DNA of 64,000 bases from Octopus sinensis (taxonomy: Eukaryota). The stretch spans positions 101,370,001 through 101,434,000 of the forward strand of contig NC_043002.1 of the NCBI RefSeq assembly GCF_006345805.1, read 5' to 3'. Of the stretch, positions 27,827-40,599 are shown one piece after another; position 1 is the stretch's first letter; every line of letters begins with the position of its first letter. A model generated the notes under the pieces. It searched no databases. It was not told the origin of the DNA and worked only from the letters and a program-made list of their open reading frames with translations. The position numbers and the translations under genes are program-made.

Positions 27827-28060
27827 CAAATATCTGTATATATGCATGTATATGTAAATATGGATATATTTATGCGTATATATGTGTGTATATATATGCA
27901 TATATATATACATATTTATATAGTTATAGGCATATATGCATACATATATGCACATATATATATATATATATGCGTATATATAAACACATATATATATATA
28001 TATTTATACACACACATGTATATATGTATGTATATAAATGTGTATGTATGCATCTATGTA
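26800..28060. repeat. (TA/TATG)n and (GA)n microsatellite clusters
   Basis: Directly visible at 26800-27097 and 27610-28060. Confidence 0.9.
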
Positions 28061-28489
28061 TGTTAAACGAAGAAGTATTGACATAAAAGAAACAACAGAC
28101 GTGACAACAGCAACAAAGTTATAACAACAACAGCACCAAGAACATCAACAAGCACATCGTGAGTAATAGAAACGAGTAAATAAGCGACCGCTCTTTCATT
28201 ACAGTATAAGACTGCTGGTGGATTAGAAGAATGTGTAGAGCGGTGGATAAATTGCTCTTTATTTTTCATTCACGGTTCTTAGTTCGAATCTCACAAGAGT
28301 CAAATTGAATTTTCTTCACTCAGTGGTCTTTGTATTTGTCGCGTACCGCCTTGATATAGTTGAAGGCCTCGAAGTTCTGATTTCAATCTTTGGGTATTTT
28401 CTCTTTAATCATTAACGATAGGATCTTAAGCATTTCGCGTATAGTTCTATTTAAAGAATAGGAAGAGAAAAAAATAATGCTTTCAAATT

Positions 28490-28798
28490 TGTGGTATAAG
28501 ACCAGCAATGTTGAAGGGGGGGGATTTAGTCGGTCACATCGACCCTTGACTGTTCCTTTCTTTTATTGATATCGAAAGGATGAAGAGCAAAATCAGCCAC
28601 GAAGAACACGACGCGCTAATGATTCTGTCAACTGATCGACTGTGGTTCTTTCTGCAAAAAGCATAAGGCTTGAAACTTTGAGGGAAGTTGCCAGTCGATT
28701 ACCTGGGCTACAGCACCCGACTGGTACTTATTTTATCTACCCCGAAAGGATGAAAAATAAAGTTGGCCTCGGCGTAATTTGAATTAAAAACGTCAACA
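28490..28798 (-). mobile_element. Two decayed SINE family A fragments
   Basis: cgaaaggatgaa and ctcggcgtaatttgaa cores on the minus strand. Confidence 0.7.
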
Positions 28799-29164
28799 GC
28801 GTTGTACCTGTACTTGATTGAAATTCAGAATATGGAGAGGGCGTTGTACCTGTACTTGATTGAAATTCAGAATATGGAGAGGGCGTTGTACCTGTACTTG
28901 ATTGAAATTCAGAATATGGAGAGGGCGTTGTACCTGTACTTGATTGAAATTCAGAATATGGAGAGGGCGTTGTACCTGTACTTGATTGAAATTCAGAATA
29001 TGGAGAGGGCGTTGTACCTGTACTTGATTGAAATTCAGAATATGGAGAGGGCGTTGTACCTGTACTTGATTGAAATTCAGAATATGGAGAGGGCGTTGTA
29101 CCTGTACTTGATTGAAATTCAGAATATGGAGAGGGCGTTGTACCTGTACTTGATTGAAATTCAG
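28799..29164. repeat. Perfect 42-bp minisatellite, ~8.7 copies
   Basis: Unit gcgttgtacctgtacttgattgaaattcagaatatggagagg with no spacers; a diverged monomer lies at ~30208-30258. Confidence 0.97.
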
Positions 29165-29251
29165 TTTTTTCTAAATCAGTGACTGTGGTTGCTGTGAAAA
29201 ACGTTAAATATTATTTGCAGAGGGTCTCCTTCATCGAAAACCGGTGTTTAC

Positions 29252-29296
29252 CATGCGTTGACGAGAGGCAATTACCTTGAAACTATAGTCCGTATG
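29252..29296 (+). ncRNA. Type I hammerhead ribozyme (C3U variant) capping a long hairpin
   Basis: catgcg-TTGACGA-gagg(caatta)cctt-GAAA-ctatag-TC-cgtatg; the flanks 29212-29340 pair further. Confidence 0.8.
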
Positions 29297-29904
29297 TAGC
29301 ACTTAGGTTTTCGAGGGAGGATGACCTCCCTTTGCAAATAACACAAGGGCACTGAAATGTTGTGTCTAAAGTCCATCTGGTGACGTTGATCGCCTGGGGC
29401 TAAAAGCATCAGTAACACCCCACCCCCAGTGGCTAGCCACATTCAGATGGCTAGTACACCTTACGTTGAAAGAAAAAGAAAATTCTGAAAATTTGAGCAC
29501 AAATATTTTGTTCGGGTGCGGTCAGGTTCATACACACACACACACACACACACACATTTAGACTAGCGTGCTAAATGATTCAGCTTGCTTGTCGCCTTTA
29601 AGAGGAAGGAGAAAGAGAAGAGAAACGTTTCGGGTCAGGTTTCGACTAAATATTGTTAGCAAGTGTGTGCATGGATAGAAGTGGCTTTAATGTAGTATGG
29701 GATATTATTCCAGGGGTTAAATAATCTTTAAAATATCTGTTACAACGTAATGGTACGCGAAAGCGTGAGACAGACTGTTTACAGTTTTGGCTTCATAATC
29801 ACAGTATCAAAGGTTCGATTCCCGAATAGATCGGCGCATGTGCATTTAACCCTTTCACTTTCCAAAGTATTTTCATAAGTTTGTCTAAAACGCTTATGCG
29901 TTTC

Positions 29905-30080
29905 AGTAGAAACCGGCATTTACGTCCCCGTAACCAAGCGGTCCAGCAAAAGAGAACGATAAAATAAATACCAAGCTTTCAAAAAGTGAAGTGCTGCGTT
30001 CGATTCGTTCGACAAAAGATTCCTCAATGCGGTGCCCCAGCATGGCCGCAGTCTGATGATTGAAACAAGTAAAAGGTAAC
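29905..30080 (+). mobile_element. SINE family B 3' portion
   Basis: tttacgtccccgtaac...gcggtgccccagcatggccgcagtc...gaaacaagtaaaag. Confidence 0.8.
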
Positions 30081-30327
30081 AGCTAACTCCGTCGCTCGCA
30101 ATAGAGTTTAACTTGATATGAAATGCTTTCGCTTATTGTTTCAGTGATTTCGGTTCGCGCAAGAAATCAGAGACTCATTCTCCAGCCACACACCTTTTCC
30201 TCGCGCAGCAGAATATGGAGAGAGCGTTGCACCTGTACTTGATTGCAATTCAGTTTTTTCAGTAAAATGAAAGAAAAATAAGTCTGAAAATTTGAGCACA
30301 AATATTTTGTTCAGGTGCGGTCAGGTT

Positions 30328-30380
<53 letters not shown>

Positions 30381-30559
30381 TTCCATCTCTGTTTAGTTAG
30401 ATGAGAAAATGTTGAGTTGGCAGAATGAATAACGCGTCAGACAAAATACTTAACGTTTTGATTTCAAATTCTCCCGAGGTTGATCTCGCCACAACCTCAA
30501 AATCGCTGGCCTCGTGTCAAAATTTGAACAGAAAAAAATAAACAAGGAGGAAATGTGCT

Positions 30560-30885
30560 CAAATATATTTCATTGACCATACTCTTTTTTTATTATTATT
30601 TAGATAACAGGAACTGAGATTAATTCAAAAACATAGTTAAAAGGATGTGTAGTTGAAAAATTACTTTCAATTTCGGATAAAGGAATTTTAGGTTTGCATC
30701 AAGAAAAGTAATCTTAAGGAGTCAATTTATATCCATTCTGTAATCTGTAGGAACTGTGAAGGATAGAAAATAAAACTAGCAAATTATACAAATGAGGGAT
30801 TTACAAACATGAACGCTTCTGATGAATAAGATGTGAATTAATTACCACTTGGTGTTAGAATCGATTTGGAATAGATAACCTAAAG
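30560..30885 (+). mobile_element. Possible Penelope-like remnant
   Basis: KKSNLKESIYIHS (GIY-YIG C-terminal-like) followed by CTGATGA at ~30819 without a clean fold. Confidence 0.4.
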
Positions 30886-31046
30886 TTTTACTTGCTTCAG
30901 TTATTGGACTGCGGCTAAGCTGGAGCACCACCTTGAAAAGTTCAGAGTTAAAACCGATGCGGTACTTTTATTTGAAAACTCTGTTACATATTTTATCAGT
31001 CTGTTATGCTGAATCGCTAAGATATAGAGACAAACTCATACCCACT

Positions 31047-31085
<39 letters not shown>

Positions 31086-31087
<2 letters not shown>

Positions 31088-31360
31088 AGATTAATATGGT
31101 ACTTAAGTTGAGGTACCAGAATTTAGTACTGTATTATCCATACAATTTCAAGTTAGGTGATTAAAATCAAAATAAGCAACAAGATATCCAGAGGTAATGC
31201 AGTACGATCGTTTCATGCAACTCCATTTAATTGAACAATGCAATCATTACATCAAATTAAAATGCAGAGCAATCCTCAGCTGCACAAAGACATAGAATTT
31301 AATTAAATTAAAATTAAAGCAGAATTCTGGTGCCTCAACTCAAGTACCATATTCATCTGA
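31086..31360 (-). mobile_element. Short hammerhead-bearing element with 38-bp terminal inverted repeats (PLE pLTR-like)
   Basis: tcagattaatatggtacttaagttgaggtaccagaatt versus aattctggtgcctcaactcaagtaccatattcatctga; flanked by (TA)n and (ATCT)n. Confidence 0.7.
31198..31284 (-). ncRNA. Type I hammerhead ribozyme with long stem II
   Basis: Minus strand: tgcag-CTGAGGA-ttgc...gcat-GAAA-cgatcg-TA-ctgca. Perfect 5-bp stem I and palindromic CGATCG. Confidence 0.85.
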
Positions 31361-31461
31361 ATCTATCTATTTATCTATCTATCTATCGATTTATTTATCT
31401 ATCTACCTACCTACCTACCTTCCTACTTATCTATCTATCTATCAATCTATATATATATATA

Positions 31462-31758
31462 TATAATAAATATTAGGGAATAAATCCAAATTTACAGGGA
31501 AAAATCAGATTTAGGATTGAATCCGATTTTATAGTAAAATATTATATTATATTATATTAGGGACAAAACCACTATTATGCAAATCAAACAAAGAAAGACT
31601 TAAGCCAATACATAAAATAATTTATATAAATTAAAATTTATAATTTATAATTGTTATAATTTATAATTGTTAAATTTTAATTTATATAAATTATTTTATG
31701 TATTGGCTTAAGTCTTTCTCTGTTTGATTTGCATAATAGTGGTTTTGTCCCTAATATA

Positions 31759-31770
<12 letters not shown>
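31462..31770. mobile_element. Palindromic pair of the pLTR tail seen at 2290-2450
   Basis: 31470-31630 is the reverse complement of 2290-2450. 31672-31767 is the inverted copy of 31541-31640. Embedded in (TA)n. Confidence 0.8.
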
Positions 31771-31802
<32 letters not shown>

Positions 31803-31804
31803 AT

Positions 31805-31868
<64 letters not shown>

Positions 31869-32060
31869 GATAAACAGTCGATAGGTGAGAGATATATAAG
31901 TGTCTATTTGCATTGCTACGTCCTCTCTCTCTCACTCTACACACACACACACACATACATATATAGGTTTAGATATGTACAGTTCGGTACATCTCGACAT
32001 GGTAATACGCTACACAAGTCACGAGAGAACTTCTCCTTATAGACCTCATGGATATAATAA

Positions 32061-32941
32061 GGAGTGGGTACCCAAAGGAAACCGGAATTCGCAATATTAT
32101 TTTATTCACTTAGTTTTACATATTTACACTTTTATCGCCTTCAAAATTATTCTCCATTTGAAGCAATGCATCGGTCCAGATGCGTCTTCCATTTTTCGAA
32201 GCAGTGCTGGGACCCTTGGGAAGCGATGCTTTTAACACTTCCGTTGTCTTTTTTCTTCAACCCTTCCACATCAACAAGTTCCGCAGCACCAGCTTCCGTC
32301 ACCACTTTCGTCACGACTTCCAACAGGTTTTCTTTTTTCAGTTCACGTGACTTCCACCTTGACTGCTTTTGATCTTCCCTGTGTAAGCGAGGCACAAATT
32401 TTGTTGCAACTCTTTTCATTCGCAATTCCTCATTCAAAATTCGCTGGCAGGAGCCCCAGGACACACTAGTCATATCAAGAATTACGTGAATTGTTCGATG
32501 ACAATCTTCCAAAATCATTTCAGGAATTTACATGATGTCATCATTTGTTCGAGACGGCAACGCTGGCCCTGAATGAGGTTGGCTTTCAAGCGAGACGTGA
32601 CTATTTCTAAATCGTGGAAACGTCTCCTAAACTAGTGTTTTGCTTATGGCAGTGGCCTTGGAAGCATAACAACTGTTTCGGCCACCGTTTTCCCAAGCAG
32701 AGAACAGAATTTCACGGAAGCACGCTTATTCCTTCGTTTCAGCCATCGCAAAAATCGACGAAGAGAGGAGGAGCACTGCAAAATAAAGATGCACCACGTG
32801 GCAGTAGGACATCACAAAACGACGCCGGTCGGCAGACTCAAGCCTGAGGATCACATCAAGTAGCTTCTAGCGGTGGAAGCCCGAAACTGCAACGGTCTTG
32901 TCTCACAGAGAATGCTTCCGGTTACTTTTGGTTACCCCTCG
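32061..32941 (-). mobile_element. Tc1/mariner transposon, internally deleted
   Basis: Imperfect TIRs (gagtgggtacccaaaggaaaccggaa / ttccggttacttttggttacccctcg) with TA at the right end. Transposase motifs VKFC..LGKT, SWGSCQRIL..L.MKRVATKFVPRL and WK..LDRCIASNGE are present; most of the DDD domain is missing. Confidence 0.9.
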
Positions 32942-33344
32942 TACACTACCTCCAGACCATGAACGATGCCACCAGACCGTAGGATGCACGTGTTTCTGCG
33001 TTGTTACACATCCATAGCCATGCTAACCGAATTGTCTTTCATGACAACGAAGAGTCGGTCACTGTTATTTTAGAAGAGCAAATGTTGGCTGCGTTGTAAA
33101 GCGGGAATAAATTAATTAGACTAATACACTAAGCAGAGTTCAATAGAATGGAGTTATTTACAATCATATTTAACATGTCTGTGTACATTCAGATCAGAAA
33201 AAAGATAATACGACGCAAAATTTGTCTTCTTTAATAGGATTGAACCGCATTTGAAATTTTGCTTGATATGCAAAGATGTATTAGAAGAGGTAAATTTTAG
33301 AAATAGATTCAAATGAAGTGTACATATCTGAAAACGAGACACAT

Positions 33345-33404
33345 TAGGTGCAGGAATGGGTGTGTGGTAAGTCGCTGAAAAAGGCCTGTTGTATATATAT
33401 ATAG

Positions 33405-33449
<45 letters not shown>

Positions 33450-33760
33450 ATATATAGTGTTATATATATATATATATATATAGTGTTATATATATATATA
33501 TGATATGTGTGTATGTGTTTGTGTGTCTGTGTGTCTGTGTGTGTCTGTGTTTGTCCCCCAACATCGCTTAACAGCCGATGTTGGTGTGTTGGTGTGTTTA
33601 CGTCACAGTAACTTAGCGGTTCGTCAAAAGAGACCGATACAATAAGTACTGGGCTTACAAAAAAATAAGTCCTGGGAACGATTTGCTCAACTAAAGTCTG
33701 TGCTCCAGCGTGACGGCTGTCAAATAACTGAAACAAGTAAAAGAACAAAAGAATAAAAGC
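33345..33760 (+). mobile_element. SINE family B with internal deletion
   Basis: Head aggtgcaggaatgggtgtgtggtaag joined directly to the TA/TG tract, then the family B 3' half. Confidence 0.85.
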
Positions 33761-34722
33761 GATAATTACAACGTTTGTGTCTAATTAATTAGGTGTTTTC
33801 TTTGTATGCTGCAATTAATTTCTCGGAACAATTCGAAGAAAGCTGGTTCTCTAGAATTATATGACACCAAAAACAGATGACGAAATGGCAATCTGCAAGG
33901 GCTTAAACATAAATTCATTGGAATTAAAGTTAAAAATAGAAGATAATCGTGAGTTGTAGATAAATTGGAAACGGAAAAACCAAAAGAGGTCTTAAAATGA
34001 CTTGGACATTGAAAGTAAGAAGAAGGCAACAAACTGGAATAAAATGGTAAACTATGCCGTTTTCTTTTAGTATAAAGCTTTGGTTTTATATTGGGAAAAA
34101 ATACCAAGATAAACGTTGCAGAAAAAGAAGTGAAGTATTATAGAAGACGTAAAGGTAAGGAACTAGTTAATTAATTAAAAGTGACGTAGACAATTATTTG
34201 CAGAAAAAATCAATCTTTATAGCAAAAAACAAAGTAAAATAGGTGAAGCTTAATAAAGATGAAAACTGATGCTTTAATTGTAATTTGTTGGTTGGAGTTG
34301 AATAATAATAATTGAATCTTACTCTCACCAAATTAGATTTTTAAAAAAAGGTAAAAGACAGAGAGAACTCTGTGACGATCAAAGTTCTAGGTTAATAAGG
34401 TGTTGTTAAGTTTCTCTCAAATATAATTACAAATTAGGAAAGTTATGTAATTTGTAAAAAAAAAAGACTGGCTTTTATATGTAATACGTTATTGATTTAT
34501 CTATCAACGAACTAAATGTTGAAAGAACTTAGCATCTGTGATGTGTGCGAATGGAGAAAAAGCAATAAGATAGAAGGCAAAGATTATTAAAACTATGCTA
34601 ATATATCCAAAGGAAACAGGGATGTGTGTTAGATATTATTTTTAACATGTACACGTATTTTAAAACATATATATTGGGCTCTAACAACAGGTTATTAGTA
34701 TCACCATGACTGAGCGAAATCA

Positions 34723-34771
<49 letters not shown>

Positions 34772-34988
34772 GTATGTGAGTTTATTAATAAATTAGAAAC
34801 ATTTTTCTTGCCTAGGAGGCATACCAACTAGATTTTGCAAAATAATCTTGCAGTTCAGTTTAGTAGCAATTTTATATATATTCAAAACTTGTACACAGTA
34901 CAGTCAAAATTTTTGCAATTGCACCTTACGTTTTATCATGTATATTTAAATGATTATATCTCTGTTTAATTGTAAAACGAAATTATGT

Positions 34989-35047
<59 letters not shown>

Positions 35048-35339
35048 CTGGAATTGACAAAGGTTCATCGTCTGGTACGCAATGTTACATTTTGAAAATT
35101 TTTGCTTTAGGCATTTGGACTAAAATCAGAGTAAATATTTTATTATAAATACAAAACCTGATAACTTTAGGTGAAAAATCTGTGAAAGGTCTCACCTCTC
35201 ATTTTTAAACGATGCTCCAGGTTTTGCAATAGCTACAACTCTACATAATTTTGACGACAAGGGGATACTAGTATATTCACCCATATATATAACTACACAC
35301 ATATATTATATTACACACACACACACAGATATATATACT

Positions 35340-35553
35340 ATTATTTCGTTTCATCATTTGATTGCGACCATGCATGAGCACTGCTTTTAGTCGATGAAAT
35401 CGAACCCAGGACTTATTTTCTACAAGCCTAGTACCGAACCACTTAGTTACAGGGACGGAAACGCACCAGCATCGGCTTTTAGGCGGTATTGATGGGACAA
35501 ACACAGACACACAAACATTTACACACACACACAGAGTCACAGACACAGACACT

Positions 35554-35598
<45 letters not shown>

Positions 35599-35762
35599 CG
35601 ACGGGCTTCTTTCAGTTTCCGTCTACCAAATCTACTTACAAGGCTTTGGTTGGCCCAGAGATGTAATTGAAGACACTTGCCTAACGTACCACGCAGTGGG
35701 GCTGAACCCGGAGCGATGTGGTTGGTTAGTAAGCTACTTACCACACAGCCACTCCTCCGCCA
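35340..35762 (-). mobile_element. SINE family B, full length
   Basis: Reverse complement of the consensus, ending ttaccacacagccactcc. Confidence 0.9.
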
Positions 35763-36884
35763 ATACATATCCAAATTGCAAGTTCAGATTTATACCTGTA
35801 ATAATTGGGTCACTGGGATTTGTACCAGTGCCTAAATACCAACTTTGAGAAGTTAGGCTACTCAAAATCAGAAATGAGAAAGCGGATTCGAAGACTTCAG
35901 CCGTCACTGGAACTTTTAAGTATAGATGAGCATGTCAGGATACGCAAACATATGCCTGAGAAGACAAACTTCAAACAAAACTTCCAAAGTGCACGTATGC
36001 ATACATGCAATGTTGAATTCCCAATGAAGGGGCCTCGAATCTAGGTTAGAAACCGGCTCTTTCTCTACTAACAAAAAATCTTGAAATAAAACTGAATAAT
36101 GACACACACTGACACATATCAATATCTATAAAGCTGAAATGTGATAAGCTTGTTTGTCTCATTTTCGGATTGGAACGAGTGAAGGGGTACTAGATGGGGT
36201 CGGATTACCTCCAAAAATTTACAGGGACATGTAAACAGAGGCAAGGAAATGAGTGGACTAGCTTAGAAACCCCTATCTCAAAAGCTGTGGTTACTAGGGT
36301 AACAAAAACACACTTCGACAAGTGTTTGTCGTTTCTCTCTTTTTCATATCACCCTGTCTTCCTCCATTTCTCTCTTTCCTTCTTTCCCTCAACATTCTCT
36401 CTATAACGACGTTTGACAGTTTCGCTGTCTCTCTGTCACTCTTTCTTCCACCACCTTTCTCACAGTACGTCTGTCTGTATCTATAGAGAGAAAGCGTTGA
36501 CAGCCGCAAAAGTTTAAATATTCCCGCCACAGGTCTTTTAGAACGGTGAATTATTACGTTGATACAAATTGGATTTTTATGTGAAAAGGGCTCTAAATGG
36601 GGTTGGAAGGGGATTAAAATTTACAGGTGGGGGCGTTTAGGAATTCTGTTACATCAAGCTAAAATTTTGCGCCAGCCATTAAATAGTCAATGTGTTGCCG
36701 TACGTCATGAAGAAGTTTTGAATGCCTGCCATGATGAGTCTCCTGCCGTGAGAAAGAATCACTTCAAAATTTGGTGTTTAGGAATTTTCTTTTACATCAA
36801 GTTCAAAATTTTGCCCCACCGTTACACTGCCAGTACGTTGGTGTCCGTCGTTAAGAAGTTTTGATGCCAACCTCAGATTGTTTT

Positions 36885-37170
36885 GAATGCTAATACTCAG
36901 AACGATGCTAATCCTCGGAACTTTTCAAGAAGTAATTTTCCCTAAACCCGGAACTTTCCAGGAAGTGCCACAATACTCGGAACATTCTAGGAAGTACCCT
37001 AATCCTCGGTGCTTTCAAGGAAGAACCCTAATCCTTGGAACTTACCAAGAAATACCCATATCCTCGGAAATTTCCAGGAAGTAACGTAAACCTCGGAACC
37101 TTCCAGGAATTACCCTAATTCTCGTAACTTTCCAGGAAGTACCATAATCCTCGGAATTTTCCAGGAAGTT
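36885..37170. repeat. ~30-bp diverged minisatellite (ccctaatcctcggaactttccaggaagta)
   Basis: About 9 copies with a ~30-bp period; the flanking 36640-36870 also shows a ~145-bp duplication. Confidence 0.85.
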
Positions 37171-37832
37171 TTGAATGTCAGGCATTGTGAGTCTACTATC
37201 CTGAGATTCTATCCCTTCAAACTTTGGTTTCCAATATTTTTAAAATTGTTATTCAGCTTGCAAGTTGGTCTGTCCCTTTTGAATGTTTGTGTTTTGCTCT
37301 CTGCCTTGAAGCAGATCTTTCCGTTGTCACTGCCTGATATTTATGATTGATCTTTCAAAATATTTTCTTTCTTAACTTACTCAAGATCTTTTGTTCTTTA
37401 TAAATGGAAGAGAGATAAAGATAGACAGTAAGAGAAAGCGAGGGAGAGTCCGAGAGAAAGGAAATGTAAGAGTGTGGGAAAGGGAGAGAGAAAGGAGAGA
37501 GAAACAAAGAGGGAGAATGTGGCGATAAAAAAACAGAAAAGAAGCAACAGAAAGTAACAACCACACCCTCACCCGCGCGTAGAGCGGATCACCTTAAGCT
37601 AGATTATATATAAAGCACTTTTATAAGAATAGAGCTGATTGACTTGGTGTTTCGGCCGGCTAGACTACTTCTGAGAGCCTGATAAAAGAAGGCAGATGGG
37701 AATTCTCGAAGTCACTGTTACTTCTCTTTTTTTTTAAATATGATAGTTATATAACCTACAGAAAACTAGTGAGTAGTTCTTTATGTTCGTGCTAAATTGT
37801 TTGTATTATGACTCTATATGAAACAAACATTA

Positions 37833-37872
<40 letters not shown>

Positions 37873-38656
37873 ACATTTGTACATGAGCGTAGGTGTGTAT
37901 GTTTGTGTGTAGTGCAAAGATGCAGTAGTGACTAAGGATAGACTCCAGATACACAACATGTCACCAACACATATTTCTCCCATTTTTTTTTTATCAAAAT
38001 CGAAAAGCAGCCCACGCTTCCGATAAAACAAAATATTATCACACCACACAATAATAATACACCCGATCAATAGATCGATGAAACTCTAACTGTACATTGA
38101 TAGGTAGAAATCAGAGATCAACTGTGAGGAAAGCATGTGGTACAAAATCTCTTTAGTAATCTAAGATATTACAGTTACTAGAGGATCTTTTTGTTTTCTT
38201 TTACTAATATTATAACAGAATTAAAAAGAAATACGAAAAAAAAACACCCTTCTTATTGTGATATTAAATTAACTTCTCGAGAAACTTTGACAAAATATAT
38301 TCTTTATTATTAAAATGTTTGATGTGTTCGAAATTGCTATCAAATTCCTTGAGATGAAAGTTTTTTGGGCGTTGATATTAACTTTGTAAATTGTTCCTTT
38401 ATTAAAGCGCTCTTGTGTCTGTTGATTCAGTTAGTGCGCAGTTTCGATGATGGCGACGACGTCACGCTGTTATCTATATAGGAACTAATCGTCTTAGTAG
38501 TCTCTTCAAAACACCACCCACACAGTGAGCCGCATTTATCCTCACATACACATACATGCAGGCGTATTTATTTACATATATGCCTGTACAGACAAACTCA
38601 TACACACACACACACACGCAGGCACCCGAGCGCATATATATGTTTGTGTGAGTATG

Positions 38657-38693
<37 letters not shown>

Positions 38694-40270
38694 TTGTGTA
38701 TGTGTGTGTATGCATGTATACATATATCTTTGCTTCCATGTATGCATTTAAGTATATGCCTTCGTTCAAAGATGTATTGGTAGATAGCAAAGGAACCGGT
38801 ACAAATTCGATCGTCGGTAGCACTTTGACGGACATTAAAGAAAGTTCTGGGTTGAAGAACACAGCAGAAAGCCGGTGCATTATCGTCGCTGAATTGTAGT
38901 AGTAGTAGTAGTAGTAGTAGTAGCTACATAAGAAGGACAGTACATTATTAATCAAGATTTGTTCAAATGTTAACCTTATAATTACATGCAATACATATCA
39001 TTAGATGTGAAGCAGTGAGTCGTGAATTCATTTTCGTTGACATTTCATTCGTGTTTCCAATAATCAGCCTCGTTCGAATGTACAAGTTTACGGAAATAAA
39101 TTCCTACTGACTGGTCGCCATTAAAAGTCGAGCTATTTTTGATATTTTAACAACAATTTTTGATTGAAAAGATTTTCTTGGAATGTATCTAAGTTATTTC
39201 AAACGATGAAATTTCCATTCTCCATTTTATTTACACGGTAATTGAAATAATTTTTTTTTTATTTGTTTCGATTTTCAAAATATTCTCTTCCTTTTTACGA
39301 ACAATCACATTCACAAAAATACAAACACGCACACAACATACAAGCACGCATTCACTTACACACACGCACACACACTCAGGCACATATACACACATGTATA
39401 TGCTTTACACAAGCATACACTAGCATCAAACACTTATTTACAACTATACACATACTGACATCAAATGGAGTTAAACACATCCATACGCATCAATAAGACA
39501 TACTTAAATGTATTCATACATACACTGACATTAGCGGAATTCAAGCATAAACACACAGTAACGCATACATATACACGCACTTGTATATGATATGGTTAAC
39601 ACATACACAGATACACACCAGTATATGATCTATTTTAAACCATCTACATCCGCACTCACATCTGAGAGTCCAAAACAGATCTCACACACGCGCACGCACG
39701 CTCGCACATTGTCTTTAGTGATCCTACGCTCAACTTTGGACAGAGGTTTATAGTATAACCATTTGTGCACTGGCATGAGATTCTCACCCCTACAAACACT
39801 TGTATCAATTGTACTTAAACCCACCCATTCAAACCTTTCATTGAGGCAAATATCGATTTATAATTTCAGCACAAAATCATGTTTCGTAGCTGAACTCATG
39901 CAGTCGGTGGAAACAAACCAAGTATATTACTGGTATCTGACTCATTGAATCCAGCGAGCTAAAGGTTAACCTCACTGGTATTCGAACAAAGATGTTTGGC
40001 GAATGAAAATAAAAACTGTGACATATGGTTGCGTGCTGCACCGTCTCAACATGTGCATGCTTTTCACACGTATGCAGTCAAATCAATACAATGACATCCA
40101 TGCAGTATTTATTGCAGCTCTCCACGATCAGGGTTCAAATCTCACTCAAGTCAACCTTACCTTTTATCCTTTGGAAATTCATATATAAATATCAGTCAAA
40201 TACTGATGTCTGATCTTCTCCTTCCCTTTCTCTCATATTCTTTCTCATATTCTTTTCCTCTCTCTCTCTG

Positions 40271-40317
<47 letters not shown>

Positions 40318-40489
40318 TTCTCTCTTCTCTCTCTCTCTCTCTCTCTCTCTCCCTCTCTCTTCATCTGCTCGTCTGTTTGCTTGTTTCTTTTTCTGAACAA
40401 ACCGGTTGTTGCCAGCTTTAGAAAAGGATGGGTGCTATCAGGCTTCAGATACTCCAGGCATGCATCCGAATAAGACGCAGGCACAGGTT

Positions 40490-40582
40490 CCAGGTAAATT
40501 CCACCACAGAAAATTCCACCAGGTAAATTTCGCCATAGGTAAATTCCACCTCGGTATATTCCACCATGGTAAATTCCACCTA
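40490..40582. repeat. ~15-bp tandem repeat (ggtaaattccacca)
   Basis: About 6 copies; resembles subterminal repeats of DNA transposons. Confidence 0.8.
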
Positions 40583-40599
40583 TGGACAGGCTTCCATTA

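Noticed and set aside
28799-29164. CRISPR-like array or repeat protein ORF 28802..29182
   Set aside because: The units are contiguous with no spacers, there are no cas genes, and the context is eukaryotic. The ORF is open only because 42 is divisible by 3.
33800-34700. Possible old L1-like C-terminal region (CDVC motif)
   Set aside because: Too decayed; only one weak motif.
37640-37720. Hammerhead-like fragments on both strands
   Set aside because: Multiple core mismatches and no consistent stem I.
38440-38500. CRE-like gacgtca plus TATA-like element
   Set aside because: No downstream gene evidence; motifs too short.
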